Positions 28,489 to 39,800 of a stretch of DNA of 64,000 bases are shown here, one piece after another. A program made the position numbers and the translations under genes. Position 1 is the stretch's first letter, and every line of letters begins with the position of its first letter. The notes under the pieces are model-generated. The model did no database searches and was not told the origin of the DNA. It saw nothing but the letters and a program-made list of their open reading frames with translations. The stretch is from Kordia sp. (GTDB taxonomy: Bacteria > Bacteroidota > Bacteroidia > Flavobacteriales > Flavobacteriaceae), in assembly GCF_045105435.1 (NCBI RefSeq), contig NZ_JBGCDL010000137.1, positions 407-64,406 of the forward strand, written 5' to 3'.

Positions 28489-28788
28489 ATGCCACCAGCA
28501 GCAAGATTAACCGATTTTCACGAATGTCCGATGGTAACACCAGGCCTTCCTCCAATTCCGCATGTTGGCGGACCTGTTATTGGACCTGGAGCACCAACAG
28601 TATTAATTGGCAAATTACCCGCAGCACGCGTAGGTGATATGCTTGTATGTGTTGGACCACCAGATTCTATTGTAAAAGGTTCAGCAACGGTAATGATTGG
28701 CGGAATGCCAGCCGCACGAATGGGCGATACAACCGCGCACGGCGGATCAATAGTTTTAGGAGATTTTACAGTAATGATCGGTGGATAA
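28489..28788 (+). CDS. PAAR-domain spike tip protein
   Basis: Three PAAR motifs: MPPAARLTD, LPAARVGD and MPAARMGD. Confidence 0.97.
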   Translation: MPPAARLTDFHECPMVTPGLPPIPHVGGPVIGPGAPTVLIGKLPAARVGDMLVCVGPPDSIVKGSATVMIGGMPAARMGDTTAHGGSIVLGDFTVMIGG

Positions 28789-29209
28789 TACAACAAACAT
28801 ACAAAAAGAGTTTCTCGGTTCAGGTTGGTCATTTCCTGTAACATTTTCTGTGGAAAATAAACAACTGCAACTCACAAAGTATGAAGAAAATATCAATGAA
28901 ATGATCAATTTGATCATGCAAACCACATTTGGAGAACGTCCATTTACGCCACAATTTGGCTCTGGATTACAAACGTTTTTCTTCAAAGAAATGCGCCCAA
29001 CATTACAAGGCGAAATTAGAGAAGCCGTAAAAACATCGCTTCTCAACAATGAACCAAGAATTAAAGTAGTAGCAGTTGAGGTTGCTTTTGCCGATTTACA
29101 AAATGGCTTGGTAGAAGTTACTATCGATTACATATACAATCAAACCAATACAAGACACAATTATGTATATCCTTTTTACATAAAAGAAGGAACCAATTTA
29201 CAACGATAA
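28781..29209 (+). CDS. gp25/GPW-like baseplate (sheath initiator, Afp9-like)
   Basis: FLGSGWSFP, T.FGERPFTPQFGS, EPRIKV and TNTRHNYVYPFY. Confidence 0.95.
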   Translation: MDNTTNIQKEFLGSGWSFPVTFSVENKQLQLTKYEENINEMINLIMQTTFGERPFTPQFGSGLQTFFFKEMRPTLQGEIREAVKTSLLNNEPRIKVVAVEVAFADLQNGLVEVTIDYIYNQTNTRHNYVYPFYIKEGTNLQR

Positions 29210-29218
29210 CAAAGTTAC

Positions 29219-32200
29219 ATGAGTCAATTTGATCAACATACCACAATGATAGCACTAGAAAAAGCTTTGGTGCCAAATCCACGTTTGGTAGATGGCAGAA
29301 CAGAAGCTGACAATTTGCGTTTGCTTGCTGACTTTGCTTCGTTGTTTAACTTTTACGATCGTACCAATACTATCAACGGAAATTGGTCGCCATTTTTACT
29401 AAAAGATCCTGTGTTTTTGGTTGCTTCCATTGCTAAAACGTCGTTTCAAAAAGCATATTCACTGTTTATAAATACGTGTTTACAATTAGAAAAAAAACTG
29501 GAAATTGACATCAATACGGCATTTATTTCAAACGGATTCAATCAACTATTTGATCAGCTTACATACATCTTTCAAATCATTGAACGATGGACGTATTATA
29601 TGCAGCAATCCAATTTGGAATACAATCTTAAAACGTATGTCATTCAACAAGTAAAGCAAAAACAAAGCGCGCTACTTTGGGCACTTTTATCGTTGCAAAG
29701 TAATTTACATATCAATCAAATTATTCCAAACATAAAACCCGTAAATACCTACCTTTTTCAAGATTATGACGAAAAAATATGGAAAGAAAGTAAAGGAAAA
29801 ACACCGTATTGGGAACTTCTAAATCTGAAATATACACCAAAAGGCGACTATGTATATTTCTTTTTTAAGGATTTTATCACGTATGTGGAAGATATTATTG
29901 CTACGCTCAATGGTTCACATTTGAATCTTACTGAGAAAATTATCACTAAAATTATAGCAGCTTTTATTGCCTTACAAAAATCCGTAGCAATACTCTTTGA
30001 AGAAACAGTTGCAATACTTGAAAAAGTAGTGGCATTTGTTGAAAATGCGATTGAATCACTATTTGAAATCATTGAAAAAATCATTCAAGAATTACACACT
30101 AAAATTAAAACTTTTAAAGGCGATGAAGAAAAAACAGCTGTGATTCAACAACTACTAACAGACTTAAATTCGCTTCAAAACACACTTAAAACAAACACAT
30201 CTAATCTGGCTACAGAAGATTTTAAAAATTTAATTGATCGTATTTTAAAAGAAATCGAAACCATCCTTTTAAAAGTAGCTGCATTTGTGGTAAAGTATGG
30301 AGAATGGATGTTTACAATCATTATAGGAATTTTTGAAACTGCTATAAGTATAGACACCAAGATTAGTAAAATACTCTACGATATTCTCAAAGATATCATC
30401 GCGTATATTCTCACCAAACAAGTACGATCAGATATTTTCAATGGCATCAAAGGAACTGGAAAAACCATATTTTCATTCTACAGCAAATGCATTTCGTATG
30501 CCGCTACAGAATTGAAAAACATACAACAAGTGCCAGGTCATTTTCCGGATACGATGTTACTGAGAACGTTTACAAGTTTGCTAAAAATTTATCAAGCACA
30601 ATTAAATTCATTATCCGAAAAACACTTACACTTTTATTACAACGATATTTTAAAACAAACGCCCAACAGTGTTTCGCCCGATACGGTTTTTGCAAGTAGT
30701 AGTTTGGCAAAAAAAACCGCGACATATCAATTAGCAAAAGGAACTATTTTTACTGCCGGATTGGACGCAAACAAAGCACCAATTCTATTTGAAACACTGA
30801 GCAAAACATCGCTAAATCCTGCAAAAATTGTAAATGCGTATATACTTTCGCTAGTATCTGTAGATGCATACAATCCTGAATTGTATTTACAAAAATTACC
30901 ACCTGTAAATGTAGTGGCTAAAGATGAAGCTGGCGCGATTAAAAGTTGGAAAACATTTGGTTCTACACAGACACCACAAGGCACCAAACAAGAGTTGGCA
31001 TTTACAATTGCTTCGCCTATGTTTTACTTGACAGAAGCCACTTTAAGAACGATCACTCTTAATTTTACATTTGCAAACTGTGATGAAATTACATTTATAC
31101 AACCTGCGTTTAAATTTTATTTGAGTACAAAAGATACTTGGTTTGAGGTGCCTGCACCAAACAATGCTTCAGATGTAATTACAGAAAATCAAATTGAACT
31201 CATATTACAACCTACCGATCCTGTAATTAGTGCATTTACCAAAAATCCTGATGGATATTCCAGTGAATGGCCATTGCTTAAAATTGTTTTTCCAGATTAT
31301 ACAGAATCGATTTCATCACTACAAATTGCTACGCTAGATATTATTGTGAACGTGGAAGAATTGCAAAACTTTCAATTGTACAATGATTTTGGACAACTAA
31401 ACGCTAAAAAACCATTTCAATTATTAGGTGGCGCACCAAAAGTAAATCAGAGTTTTATGATTGGCAATGCTGAAATATTTAGCAAACCTGTACAAAACAT
31501 GCAATTTTTCCTCACGTGGAATCAATTTGCGCCAGGTTTTAACTTTGCTGATTATTACATCGCTTACAACAACTATTTAAACAATGTATACTCTGGCACA
31601 CCAATAGATGTGAATGAATTAGTAGAATTACTAGATACAATTAAAAGTTCGCAAGACACCTTTTTTACAAAAGCAACCAACTCAGCGCAAACGCTATTTA
31701 CAAAATTAGCAGCTGCAAGTACGACACCAGCTGATGCTGAAAAAGAAATTCAAGGTAATCAAACTGATTTACAAAGTTTGGTAAGCACTCAAAAAACAGC
31801 TTTACAAAAAATGCCAAACTCGTTGAGTGCAATAATGACGCAAATCATCAACCTTAATAAAGGCATGCAAACTGCAATTGACACGTTCCTTACTACATTC
31901 AAAAATGATATTTCATCTGCAGGAAAAATAGATGAAACCACTGTAACAACAACGAAAAATAGTATCAATAATGAAATTAGTTCCTCTAAAACAAGATCAG
32001 ATCAAAACATTGAGGACGAACAAAATGCGTTGCTTTCCACGGTTGCTCCTGAAAAAAAATCATTTCTAAACACAATTACAGGGTTTTTTAAGAAACAAGA
32101 AAATAGTATAGTAGCAAAAACGTATACTCCATATTTTTCAGACACTTCGTTTATCATAAATTTTCAAGCCTTACAAAACGGTGTATGGAATTCAATAGAT

Positions 32201-33949
32201 CCTTCTCTCACAACAGAAAACACAGAAGGCAAAACTATAATTGACAATGTAGATTCAGTTTCACTATTTGATATAGATAGTGTCAATTTAGAACCTACAA
32301 AAGAAATACAGTTTTTAGGATTAACGCCAAATCCTGCAACTATTGACCCAACATTGCAACAAAAATTGCTGCAACTTACGGAGACAACTACTACAGGTTT
32401 TATAAAAATGAAACTGTCCGATCCTGCTTATGGTTTCGGAACCGAATTATATGCAAAAGTAGTGGCTGCTATTGCCTTATTCAATGCGCAAATTATTGCA
32501 GAAAAAATCAAAGATTCTGATGACAAACAGGAATTGGTTTCACCGCCAAACATTCCGTTTGTACCAATGGTAAGTGCTTTTACAGGAAACTATTCGGCTT
32601 CGGTGAGTTATGACTTTTCTACAAATGAACAAAGTTATCCGCTGCAATGTTTTTACAATACGCCATTTGCAAATTACAAAGTGTATGACACTACTTTAGA
32701 CGAAAAAATAATTGCAGAAAACACAACTATCGGAAGTCCTCCTGCAAGAAATTCAGACGGAAAAATTACGCAATTAACAGCATTGCCGTTGCTTCCAACA
32801 TTTAATTCGCAAGGACAATTATTTTTAGAATTACAAGATGTAATTGCACCCGCAAAAGTGAGTTTTTATTTTGAATTGGCGCGCGCATACACAGAAACAA
32901 CACTAACAACGAAACAAATAAACTATTCGTATTTAAGCTCAGATGGCTGGAAAAAACTGACTTCTATTGCAGATGACACCAATAATTTTACCTGTTCGGG
33001 AATTATCACAATTAATATTCCGAGCGATATAACAACCGTACACAATACCGTTGAAGGCACAAATTACTGGATTGCTATTGGCACAAACAACACGCTTGAT
33101 AGTTTTCCTGAAACCTCTTTTTTAAAAACCAACGGATTTGCATTACAACGCATTGTAACTGCAACCGATTTTTCAACGCAAACGCCGCAAATTTTAGCGG
33201 ATATCATCACAAGTCCGCAAACGGCAATTCCAGCAATTGCGGCTACAGTACAACCGTTTGCTTCGTTTGGCGGAAAAGCTGCGGAAACAACGATACAAAT
33301 GAATTCGCGTGTAAGCACACGAATCAAAACGAAAGATCGATTGGAAACCACCGAAGATTATTTTAATACAATCCGATTGGCATTTCCGGAAGTATACTAT
33401 TCCAAAACAGTGTATGATAATAGTAAAAATAAAGCGTTTACGCATGTCATAAAACGTGTAGCAGATGTCACAGAAACCAATGCATTTCAACCACTTTTAA
33501 GTGAATGCACCGAATTGGAAATTCAAAATTACATCGCCAAACGTGTTTCGCCATTTGTCACGGTTTCAGTAGAAAATTTTACACTGAATTATGTGCAAAT
33601 TACCGCAGAAATTAATGTGCAGCCTGGTGAAGATATCACTACTGTAGAAAAGGAAGTCAACAACGGAATCAACATTTATTTAGCACCTTGGATTACGAGC
33701 GCGCAAACGCAAATTACTGTTGATAGCGGATTAAATACGGCACAATTAGCAAGTTTCATCAATAGTTATGACAGCATTTTAGAAGTACAAAGTATTTCGT
33801 TTCTAATTGGTACTAAAAATTTTGACACAGGCGCAATTACATATTCTGACAAAGACAAACCGAAACAAGAAATAGCACAAAAAGATGGAATCTTATTAGT
33901 GCCATCATTAAATAACACCACAAAAAATAGCTTAATCACATACAACTAA
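29219..33949 (+). CDS. Baseplate wedge, gp6/J-like (Afp11-like), enlarged by helical insertions
   Basis: PRLVDGR, LLKDPVFL, PDTMLLRTF, KHLHFYYNDIL, PFASFGGK, RVSTRIKTKDR and GINIYLAPW. Confidence 0.88.
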   Translation: MSQFDQHTTMIALEKALVPNPRLVDGRTEADNLRLLADFASLFNFYDRTNTINGNWSPFLLKDPVFLVASIAKTSFQKAYSLFINTCLQLEKKLEIDINTAFISNGFNQLFDQLTYIFQIIERWTYYMQQSNLEYNLKTYVIQQVKQKQSALLWALLSLQSNLHINQIIPNIKPVNTYLFQDYDEKIWKESKGKTPYWELLNLKYTPKGDYVYFFFKDFITYVEDIIATLNGSHLNLTEKIITKIIAAFIALQKSVAILFEETVAILEKVVAFVENAIESLFEIIEKIIQELHTKIKTFKGDEEKTAVIQQLLTDLNSLQNTLKTNTSNLATEDFKNLIDRILKEIETILLKVAAFVVKYGEWMFTIIIGIFETAISIDTKISKILYDILKDIIAYILTKQVRSDIFNGIKGTGKTIFSFYSKCISYAATELKNIQQVPGHFPDTMLLRTFTSLLKIYQAQLNSLSEKHLHFYYNDILKQTPNSVSPDTVFASSSLAKKTATYQLAKGTIFTAGLDANKAPILFETLSKTSLNPAKIVNAYILSLVSVDAYNPELYLQKLPPVNVVAKDEAGAIKSWKTFGSTQTPQGTKQELAFTIASPMFYLTEATLRTITLNFTFANCDEITFIQPAFKFYLSTKDTWFEVPAPNNASDVITENQIELILQPTDPVISAFTKNPDGYSSEWPLLKIVFPDYTESISSLQIATLDIIVNVEELQNFQLYNDFGQLNAKKPFQLLGGAPKVNQSFMIGNAEIFSKPVQNMQFFLTWNQFAPGFNFADYYIAYNNYLNNVYSGTPIDVNELVELLDTIKSSQDTFFTKATNSAQTLFTKLAAASTTPADAEKEIQGNQTDLQSLVSTQKTALQKMPNSLSAIMTQIINLNKGMQTAIDTFLTTFKNDISSAGKIDETTVTTTKNSINNEISSSKTRSDQNIEDEQNALLSTVAPEKKSFLNTITGFFKKQENSIVAKTYTPYFSDTSFIINFQALQNGVWNSIDPSLTTENTEGKTIIDNVDSVSLFDIDSVNLEPTKEIQFLGLTPNPATIDPTLQQKLLQLTETTTTGFIKMKLSDPAYGFGTELYAKVVAAIALFNAQIIAEKIKDSDDKQELVSPPNIPFVPMVSAFTGNYSASVSYDFSTNEQSYPLQCFYNTPFANYKVYDTTLDEKIIAENTTIGSPPARNSDGKITQLTALPLLPTFNSQGQLFLELQDVIAPAKVSFYFELARAYTETTLTTKQINYSYLSSDGWKKLTSIADDTNNFTCSGIITINIPSDITTVHNTVEGTNYWIAIGTNNTLDSFPETSFLKTNGFALQRIVTATDFSTQTPQILADIITSPQTAIPAIAATVQPFASFGGKAAETTIQMNSRVSTRIKTKDRLETTEDYFNTIRLAFPEVYYSKTVYDNSKNKAFTHVIKRVADVTETNAFQPLLSECTELEIQNYIAKRVSPFVTVSVENFTLNYVQITAEINVQPGEDITTVEKEVNNGINIYLAPWITSAQTQITVDSGLNTAQLASFINSYDSILEVQSISFLIGTKNFDTGAITYSDKDKPKQEIAQKDGILLVPSLNNTTKNSLITYN

Positions 33950-36819
33950 TGACGCAAGAAAATTACATAGTAGACACACAACTTCCTTTGGAGCTTGATT
34001 TTAAAGCACTCAAAGCAGCTGGTCTTGCGTACATTCAAAAACATAGTAGTAACGAGTGGACCAACTTAAATCCGAGTGATCCTGGCGTAACTATTTTAGA
34101 GCAATTGTGTTATGCGTTTACCGAACTTGGATATTGCGGAAATTTTCCGATGAAAGATATTTTGACAGATAAAAAAGGCGATTTAACCGTCGCGGATCAA
34201 TTTTATCTTCCGCAAAATATTCTAACCACTTCGCCAGTGACGGTAAACGATTATACGAAATATATTATTGATCAAATTGTAAGTGTAAAAAATGTAGTAA
34301 TTACACCAATATCGTTGAAATTTCCTTTTATAAACGGTTTTTACGAAGTGTATTTATTGTTAGATCCGAACGAAAAAAAGACTGCTTCAACGGATGCTTC
34401 AGAAACGAACGAAATCATCGAAAACGAAACTTTTTATTTACTAAACAGTTGCCGAAACGTAGGTGAATTCTTTTTAAAACCAACCGTTTTAGCGCCAAAA
34501 GAATATACCATTGCTGGGGAATTAATATTAGAATCAGATGCTGATTTTGATTCCGTTATGTCAGAAATCATCCAAAATATAAATGCATATATTTTTCCTG
34601 ATGTTGTACAAACAGGTTATGACAAATTAAAAGCAGCAGGTGTTGCCACAAATGATATTTTTAATGGTCCAACCTTAGACAACGGCTGGATTTCTTCGGA
34701 AAGCATTCAACCAAAAAAAGACAGTATTCAAGCTTTTGAAATTACCAAATTGATTCAAGAAGTAACTGGCGTGCAATCTATTTCTAAAGTTTCTTTTACA
34801 TGCGGTACAAAAACCTTGCTACCTGCTGCTACCTGTAAAATATATGAAATCTTAACTTTCAATTTTTCGCAATCATTATTAAACCAAGCCGATGCGTCAA
34901 ATTTGCAAGTAAATACACAAGGAAAAAGTTTAAACGCATCACTCAACATGTCCTTAATGGACGAGTTGGCAATGATGCAACAAACAAATTCGCAAGTAAA
35001 TGAAGTTGCTTCAGTACAAATGGCACCAACAGTTCCTAAAGGGAAATATAGAGATATTACGAGTTATTATTCAATTCAAAACACATTTCCAGAAGCGTAT
35101 GCCGTTGGTTTAAATGCTACAAATGATTCCATGCCAGCATATCAAATAGCACAATCGCGACAGCTAAAAGGGTATTTAAGTTTATTTGATCAAGTACTGA
35201 GCAATCAGTTTGCGCAATTGGCAAATATTGACAAATTATTTTCGTTCAAAAATGCCATCACTGGAGCTCCTGCCGATTTAGAACATTACAACAATATCAA
35301 AACTCCAGCACAAAAAGCAAATCCAGCATATCCTGCGCCGTTTGAAGTATTTTCACCAACTTATTTTTACCAATCGTTGTATAATAGTGTTCCAAACGCA
35401 GCGCCTTTATTAAGAGACAATAGCATTTTTAATTTTGGACCAGTTTCTGAGTCAGATGCTACATTAGCACATAAAAGTTGGTTGGCATATCAAGACGATC
35501 CGTACAACTCGTATATGTATGGTTTGTTAGTATACAACGAAGATGACACAGTGAATTTGCAACGTAGAAATGACTTGTTAGATCACTTATTAGCACGTCA
35601 TGGAGAATCACCTTTAATTATGGATACGCTGATATATGGCACTGTATATTCTGGCGATTTCTTAAAAGATCGTGTCATTATAAAAAGCATGTATCTACAA
35701 AATTTGGGAATTTTATCATACAATCGCACCAAAGCGTATAATAGTATCGGTGCATTGCTATTAAATGAATTTACACTTACAATTACTGCAGCACTCATTG
35801 ACTATTTGGAAAGTAATAAACCGCTTGAAACAGAAGAAGAAGCAAGCCCAACGGCTAACGAAACTCAACAACAAATAGCAAATTTAAAAGCAACATATCG
35901 TGCTCGAAAAATGTTGCGCGATATTTTAACAAAAAACTATAAACACGAAGGTTATTTTGAAACAAATCGAATCAATGAAGAAGAAAAAATTACGTCGCTC
36001 GATAGTTTAAATTACACAACAATCTCGCTAAAACTTAGCATGTTATTAACGCTAAAACCGTTATATATCAATTTTGTTCAATACACGTTAGATTTTAATC
36101 CAATTCTAAAAACTCCAGACAAAATTTCACTTGCATACGAACAAAGTGAAATGGCAATATGGTTACTTACGGAGCGAAAAGGCATGATTGCCATTGAAAC
36201 GAACTTATTATTACAATCAGGAAGTTTTCAAATATATATTCAAGAAAACACTGATGATAAAATGTATTATTGTTTTAGTACGATGTTAAATTATGATGAT
36301 TTCGTACTAATTTCAACAGTATTCAATAGTGCGCCATCAGAAGGAATAATAAGTTATTTAAAAGAAACGTATCCAAATCACATATTAACAGCTATTGATG
36401 ATCCTAGCAAGCTTGATGATGCTACGTTTACAACCATAGAAAATGCAGCATATAGTTGGACAGCAACAGTAAGTTGGGACGACGGTCAAAACACAATGTA
36501 CATTACAGATCCGTTTTTAGCAAATACATTGCTTTGGATGTTTCCAGATTACATTCCAGAACTCGCAACTCCCGATTGGCAACATCGTCTCTCCTATTTT
36601 ATGGAAAGTCAATTGCCAATTCAAATTACAGCACATCCGATGTATGCAACTGCAGATAATTTAAAAACCATAATTCCGCAATATGTTCGTTGGTTTAACG
36701 CCAATATTTACAACACAACCACACAAACTATTGACCAAACTGCGGTAACAAAAGCCGCCGCAGATTTGATAACGACACTCAAACTAATTTATAACAATCA
36801 AGTGCCAACAAATGCATAG
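33949..36819 (+). CDS. Second baseplate wedge protein (Afp12-like)
   Basis: WTNLNPSDPGVTILEQLCYA, SIQNTFP..Y, RQLKGYLSLFDQ and RRNDLLDHLLARHGE; 1-nt overlap with the previous gene. Confidence 0.88.
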   Translation: MTQENYIVDTQLPLELDFKALKAAGLAYIQKHSSNEWTNLNPSDPGVTILEQLCYAFTELGYCGNFPMKDILTDKKGDLTVADQFYLPQNILTTSPVTVNDYTKYIIDQIVSVKNVVITPISLKFPFINGFYEVYLLLDPNEKKTASTDASETNEIIENETFYLLNSCRNVGEFFLKPTVLAPKEYTIAGELILESDADFDSVMSEIIQNINAYIFPDVVQTGYDKLKAAGVATNDIFNGPTLDNGWISSESIQPKKDSIQAFEITKLIQEVTGVQSISKVSFTCGTKTLLPAATCKIYEILTFNFSQSLLNQADASNLQVNTQGKSLNASLNMSLMDELAMMQQTNSQVNEVASVQMAPTVPKGKYRDITSYYSIQNTFPEAYAVGLNATNDSMPAYQIAQSRQLKGYLSLFDQVLSNQFAQLANIDKLFSFKNAITGAPADLEHYNNIKTPAQKANPAYPAPFEVFSPTYFYQSLYNSVPNAAPLLRDNSIFNFGPVSESDATLAHKSWLAYQDDPYNSYMYGLLVYNEDDTVNLQRRNDLLDHLLARHGESPLIMDTLIYGTVYSGDFLKDRVIIKSMYLQNLGILSYNRTKAYNSIGALLLNEFTLTITAALIDYLESNKPLETEEEASPTANETQQQIANLKATYRARKMLRDILTKNYKHEGYFETNRINEEEKITSLDSLNYTTISLKLSMLLTLKPLYINFVQYTLDFNPILKTPDKISLAYEQSEMAIWLLTERKGMIAIETNLLLQSGSFQIYIQENTDDKMYYCFSTMLNYDDFVLISTVFNSAPSEGIISYLKETYPNHILTAIDDPSKLDDATFTTIENAAYSWTATVSWDDGQNTMYITDPFLANTLLWMFPDYIPELATPDWQHRLSYFMESQLPIQITAHPMYATADNLKTIIPQYVRWFNANIYNTTTQTIDQTAVTKAAADLITTLKLIYNNQVPTNA

Positions 36820-39800
36820 TCAAGGAGCACATATCGTCACACGTTGCCAATGGAACACCGCTTTCGATTCCAAAAGGCTTGCGCACCAGTTACAGACTGA
36901 TATTAGCGCGTGGAGTGCGTATAAAATGAAACGTGTAATTACGAGTGTTTTTGATAGTATTTGTCCAAAAGGGCAAACCTTAAAAATTAAAAAATTAGCC
37001 GTCGATTTAGGAACTATTACCTATGAAAACATGCTGAGCGAACTTCCATTACGCTTGGAAGAAGCCTTGCGCATTGCCTTGTATGACCTTATTATGTATC
37101 CGAAAAATGGCGATAAAACGCTAGAAATTGTACATGAAGATATTGCACAAGTACATGTACTTCGCGATTTTCTAATGCAAGGAATGTTGCCTTGGAATTA
37201 CCAAGAAACCTACGGAACAGCGGTACAAATTATGCGTTCGCAGTTGACAAACAATCGTTTGGATGTGATACAAATGATTCAAGAAATTGGAAGTTCGGCA
37301 AACGTTCGTAAGCGTATTGCTTGGCAATTTCCAGATGTTATTATCAAAAAAATTATTGCGGGATTGGAACCGAATAACCATCAACAGATTATTAATTTTT
37401 CGGATGAATTTGTCAAAGTACAAGAAAAAGAAACCATTGTTCAGACAAGTACAAACGATCTAAAGAAAAATATTTGGTTGTGGATTTTAAATTATTTGTT
37501 TACCGAACGCGGTACCATTTTTAACAGAATCAGTTTTGTGCGAAGTACGGTAACACAAATGGCAAGTCATTTTAATCTTTCGTATGATGTGATGATTGAA
37601 TTGATTGAAAAATCCATTGAACGCGCCAATGAATATTCGCCTATAGAAAAAGGCTTTATCGCAATTTTAAAATTATTATCTGATGAATTACAGAATACTT
37701 CTTTTTCGCGTGTAAAAACAGAAAAACAAAAAGAAAATTTTTGGGTTAAAGTAGCAACTTATTTCAATTCGGAAACGGCTAGAAGCACCAATATTCAAAA
37801 AAATGAATTCAATGAATTGGTGATTAATCTATCAAAATTAGATACGGCTCGTTTCCAAAAAATACTATTAAATATTGATCAAAAACCAAGCACTTGGAAA
37901 GCTGTTTTAAAGGATTTAATTCCTGCCGCGATCGAAAATTTATTTTTAGCATTGGCGCCTACACAATCGAAAAACGTGTTGACTCAAATTTCGTTTTTAT
38001 CAAAATTACCACAAACAACGCATGTAAAAGTGCAAACTTTAGATTTGTATACGTACGGAATTGAATTTTGTATCAATAATCAAAATACATCAGTTGCTAA
38101 AAATGCATTTTTAGATTTTGTGGTGGAAAAATTAGCCAAACAACAGCAACAAACCAAGCTTGTTATTTTGGATCATTTCGTGTTGTCAAATGTCACAAAT
38201 ACACAAAAGAAAACGAGTTTTATTTCTTTGTTTAAAGAGCTGAATACACTGTATCAAAAAGAAATAACAAATACAAAAATGGTTGCTTCCAACGAAGCTT
38301 TACAACAAATTATGTCGCGTTATATTTCTGAAATTGAACAGACAAGCAATGCAACAAACGCTAGTAAAGAGTTAGAAAAAACAGTTCAAAAGTGGATTTC
38401 GGCTTCGCCTGTACAATTTTGGAAAGTTGTTCAAAAACTAGAAAAAACACCAAAAGTAACTGTTCATATTACGGCTCTGGTATCTGCATACGGAATGGAC
38501 CGATTTTTAAAATCTGTTCAACCAGAAAGCTATACGTTATTGTTGAAAATTCAGAAAATCATTCACACATTCATCTCAAAACAACCTAAAAAAGCAAATG
38601 CATTACGTGCTATTGAAAAAATTATAATTTCCACAGGTTTTGAAGTCATTTGGAAAGATTCAAAAATACAAACCACCGAATTCTTTGTACAGTTTTTACA
38701 ACAATTACAACGACAAGAAAGTAGTATTCGAGTTTCAAAAACAGACATTCAAGCAGTAATTGAATTGCTATTACAAACATCAAAAATCAGAACTTTAGCT
38801 TGGTCTGCACGTAAATTTGCTTCCATTCAAAAACACTATAACATTCAGCTTGCAAAAACACCAATTGAAGAAGTTATAGCACTTATACAACAATCAAATC
38901 AGCAGGTATATGTTGCCGAATATATTTCAAAATTGGTTCGCACTAAAAAGCATACTACGCGCGAATTTAAAACGAAAGAAACAACGTTAATTTCCTATCT
39001 CATTGCAAACGGCGTACACATTCGCACACGCTTACGTTCTATGTTTTTAAAGCAAATTACTGCAACAAACACAACTATAAGCAACACGCAAATTGAATTG
39101 CAATTAGAGGAAATTTTTTGGCAATCGTTGGTTATGTATCAAGTACATCGTGGAAACGAAGCGCGTTTTATTTCACTGTTTGAAAAAACGGTTATATACA
39201 CATTTCCAGCACTTGAAATGAAACCACAAAAAGCAGTAAAATCTGTTGTAGAAATGAAAAAAGTAGCAGAAAAAAATCAATTGTTGCAAACGCCGTATCG
39301 CATTTCGACTGTTGTATTATTTGAAACGATCCGTACTAATTTTACAGCGACAAATTCGGAAGTACAAATTGTCGAAAAAAGTTATTCATTTGCTGCGTTA
39401 TTTATGATGGCATTGGAAACTTCGCCAACAGAAATACGCGCGATTATTAAAGAAACGACATTCGCTACAAAACAGCTTCATTTTATACAAGAAACAATCA
39501 ACCTAGAAACATTTTTATTGCTCAATGCAAACGATGCTTCTAGCACACAATCGGAAGTTTTTAAGTCAATTTACACACTATTTACTATTGCAAAACAACT
39601 CGGAAACGCACAAATAACAACTACTTTGCAAGGTGTTTTTTGGAAGGAAGTTTTGGCGTTTATTCAAGGAAAAATAACTCGTAAAAGAGTTGTAGAAAAA
39701 TTGACAGCAACCACATTTGATGCACTTTCAGAAATTGCAACTTTAGACCAAATTACCATCGTAAAACACGTTCAAAATAACGCAATTGTTATTCCGAAAT

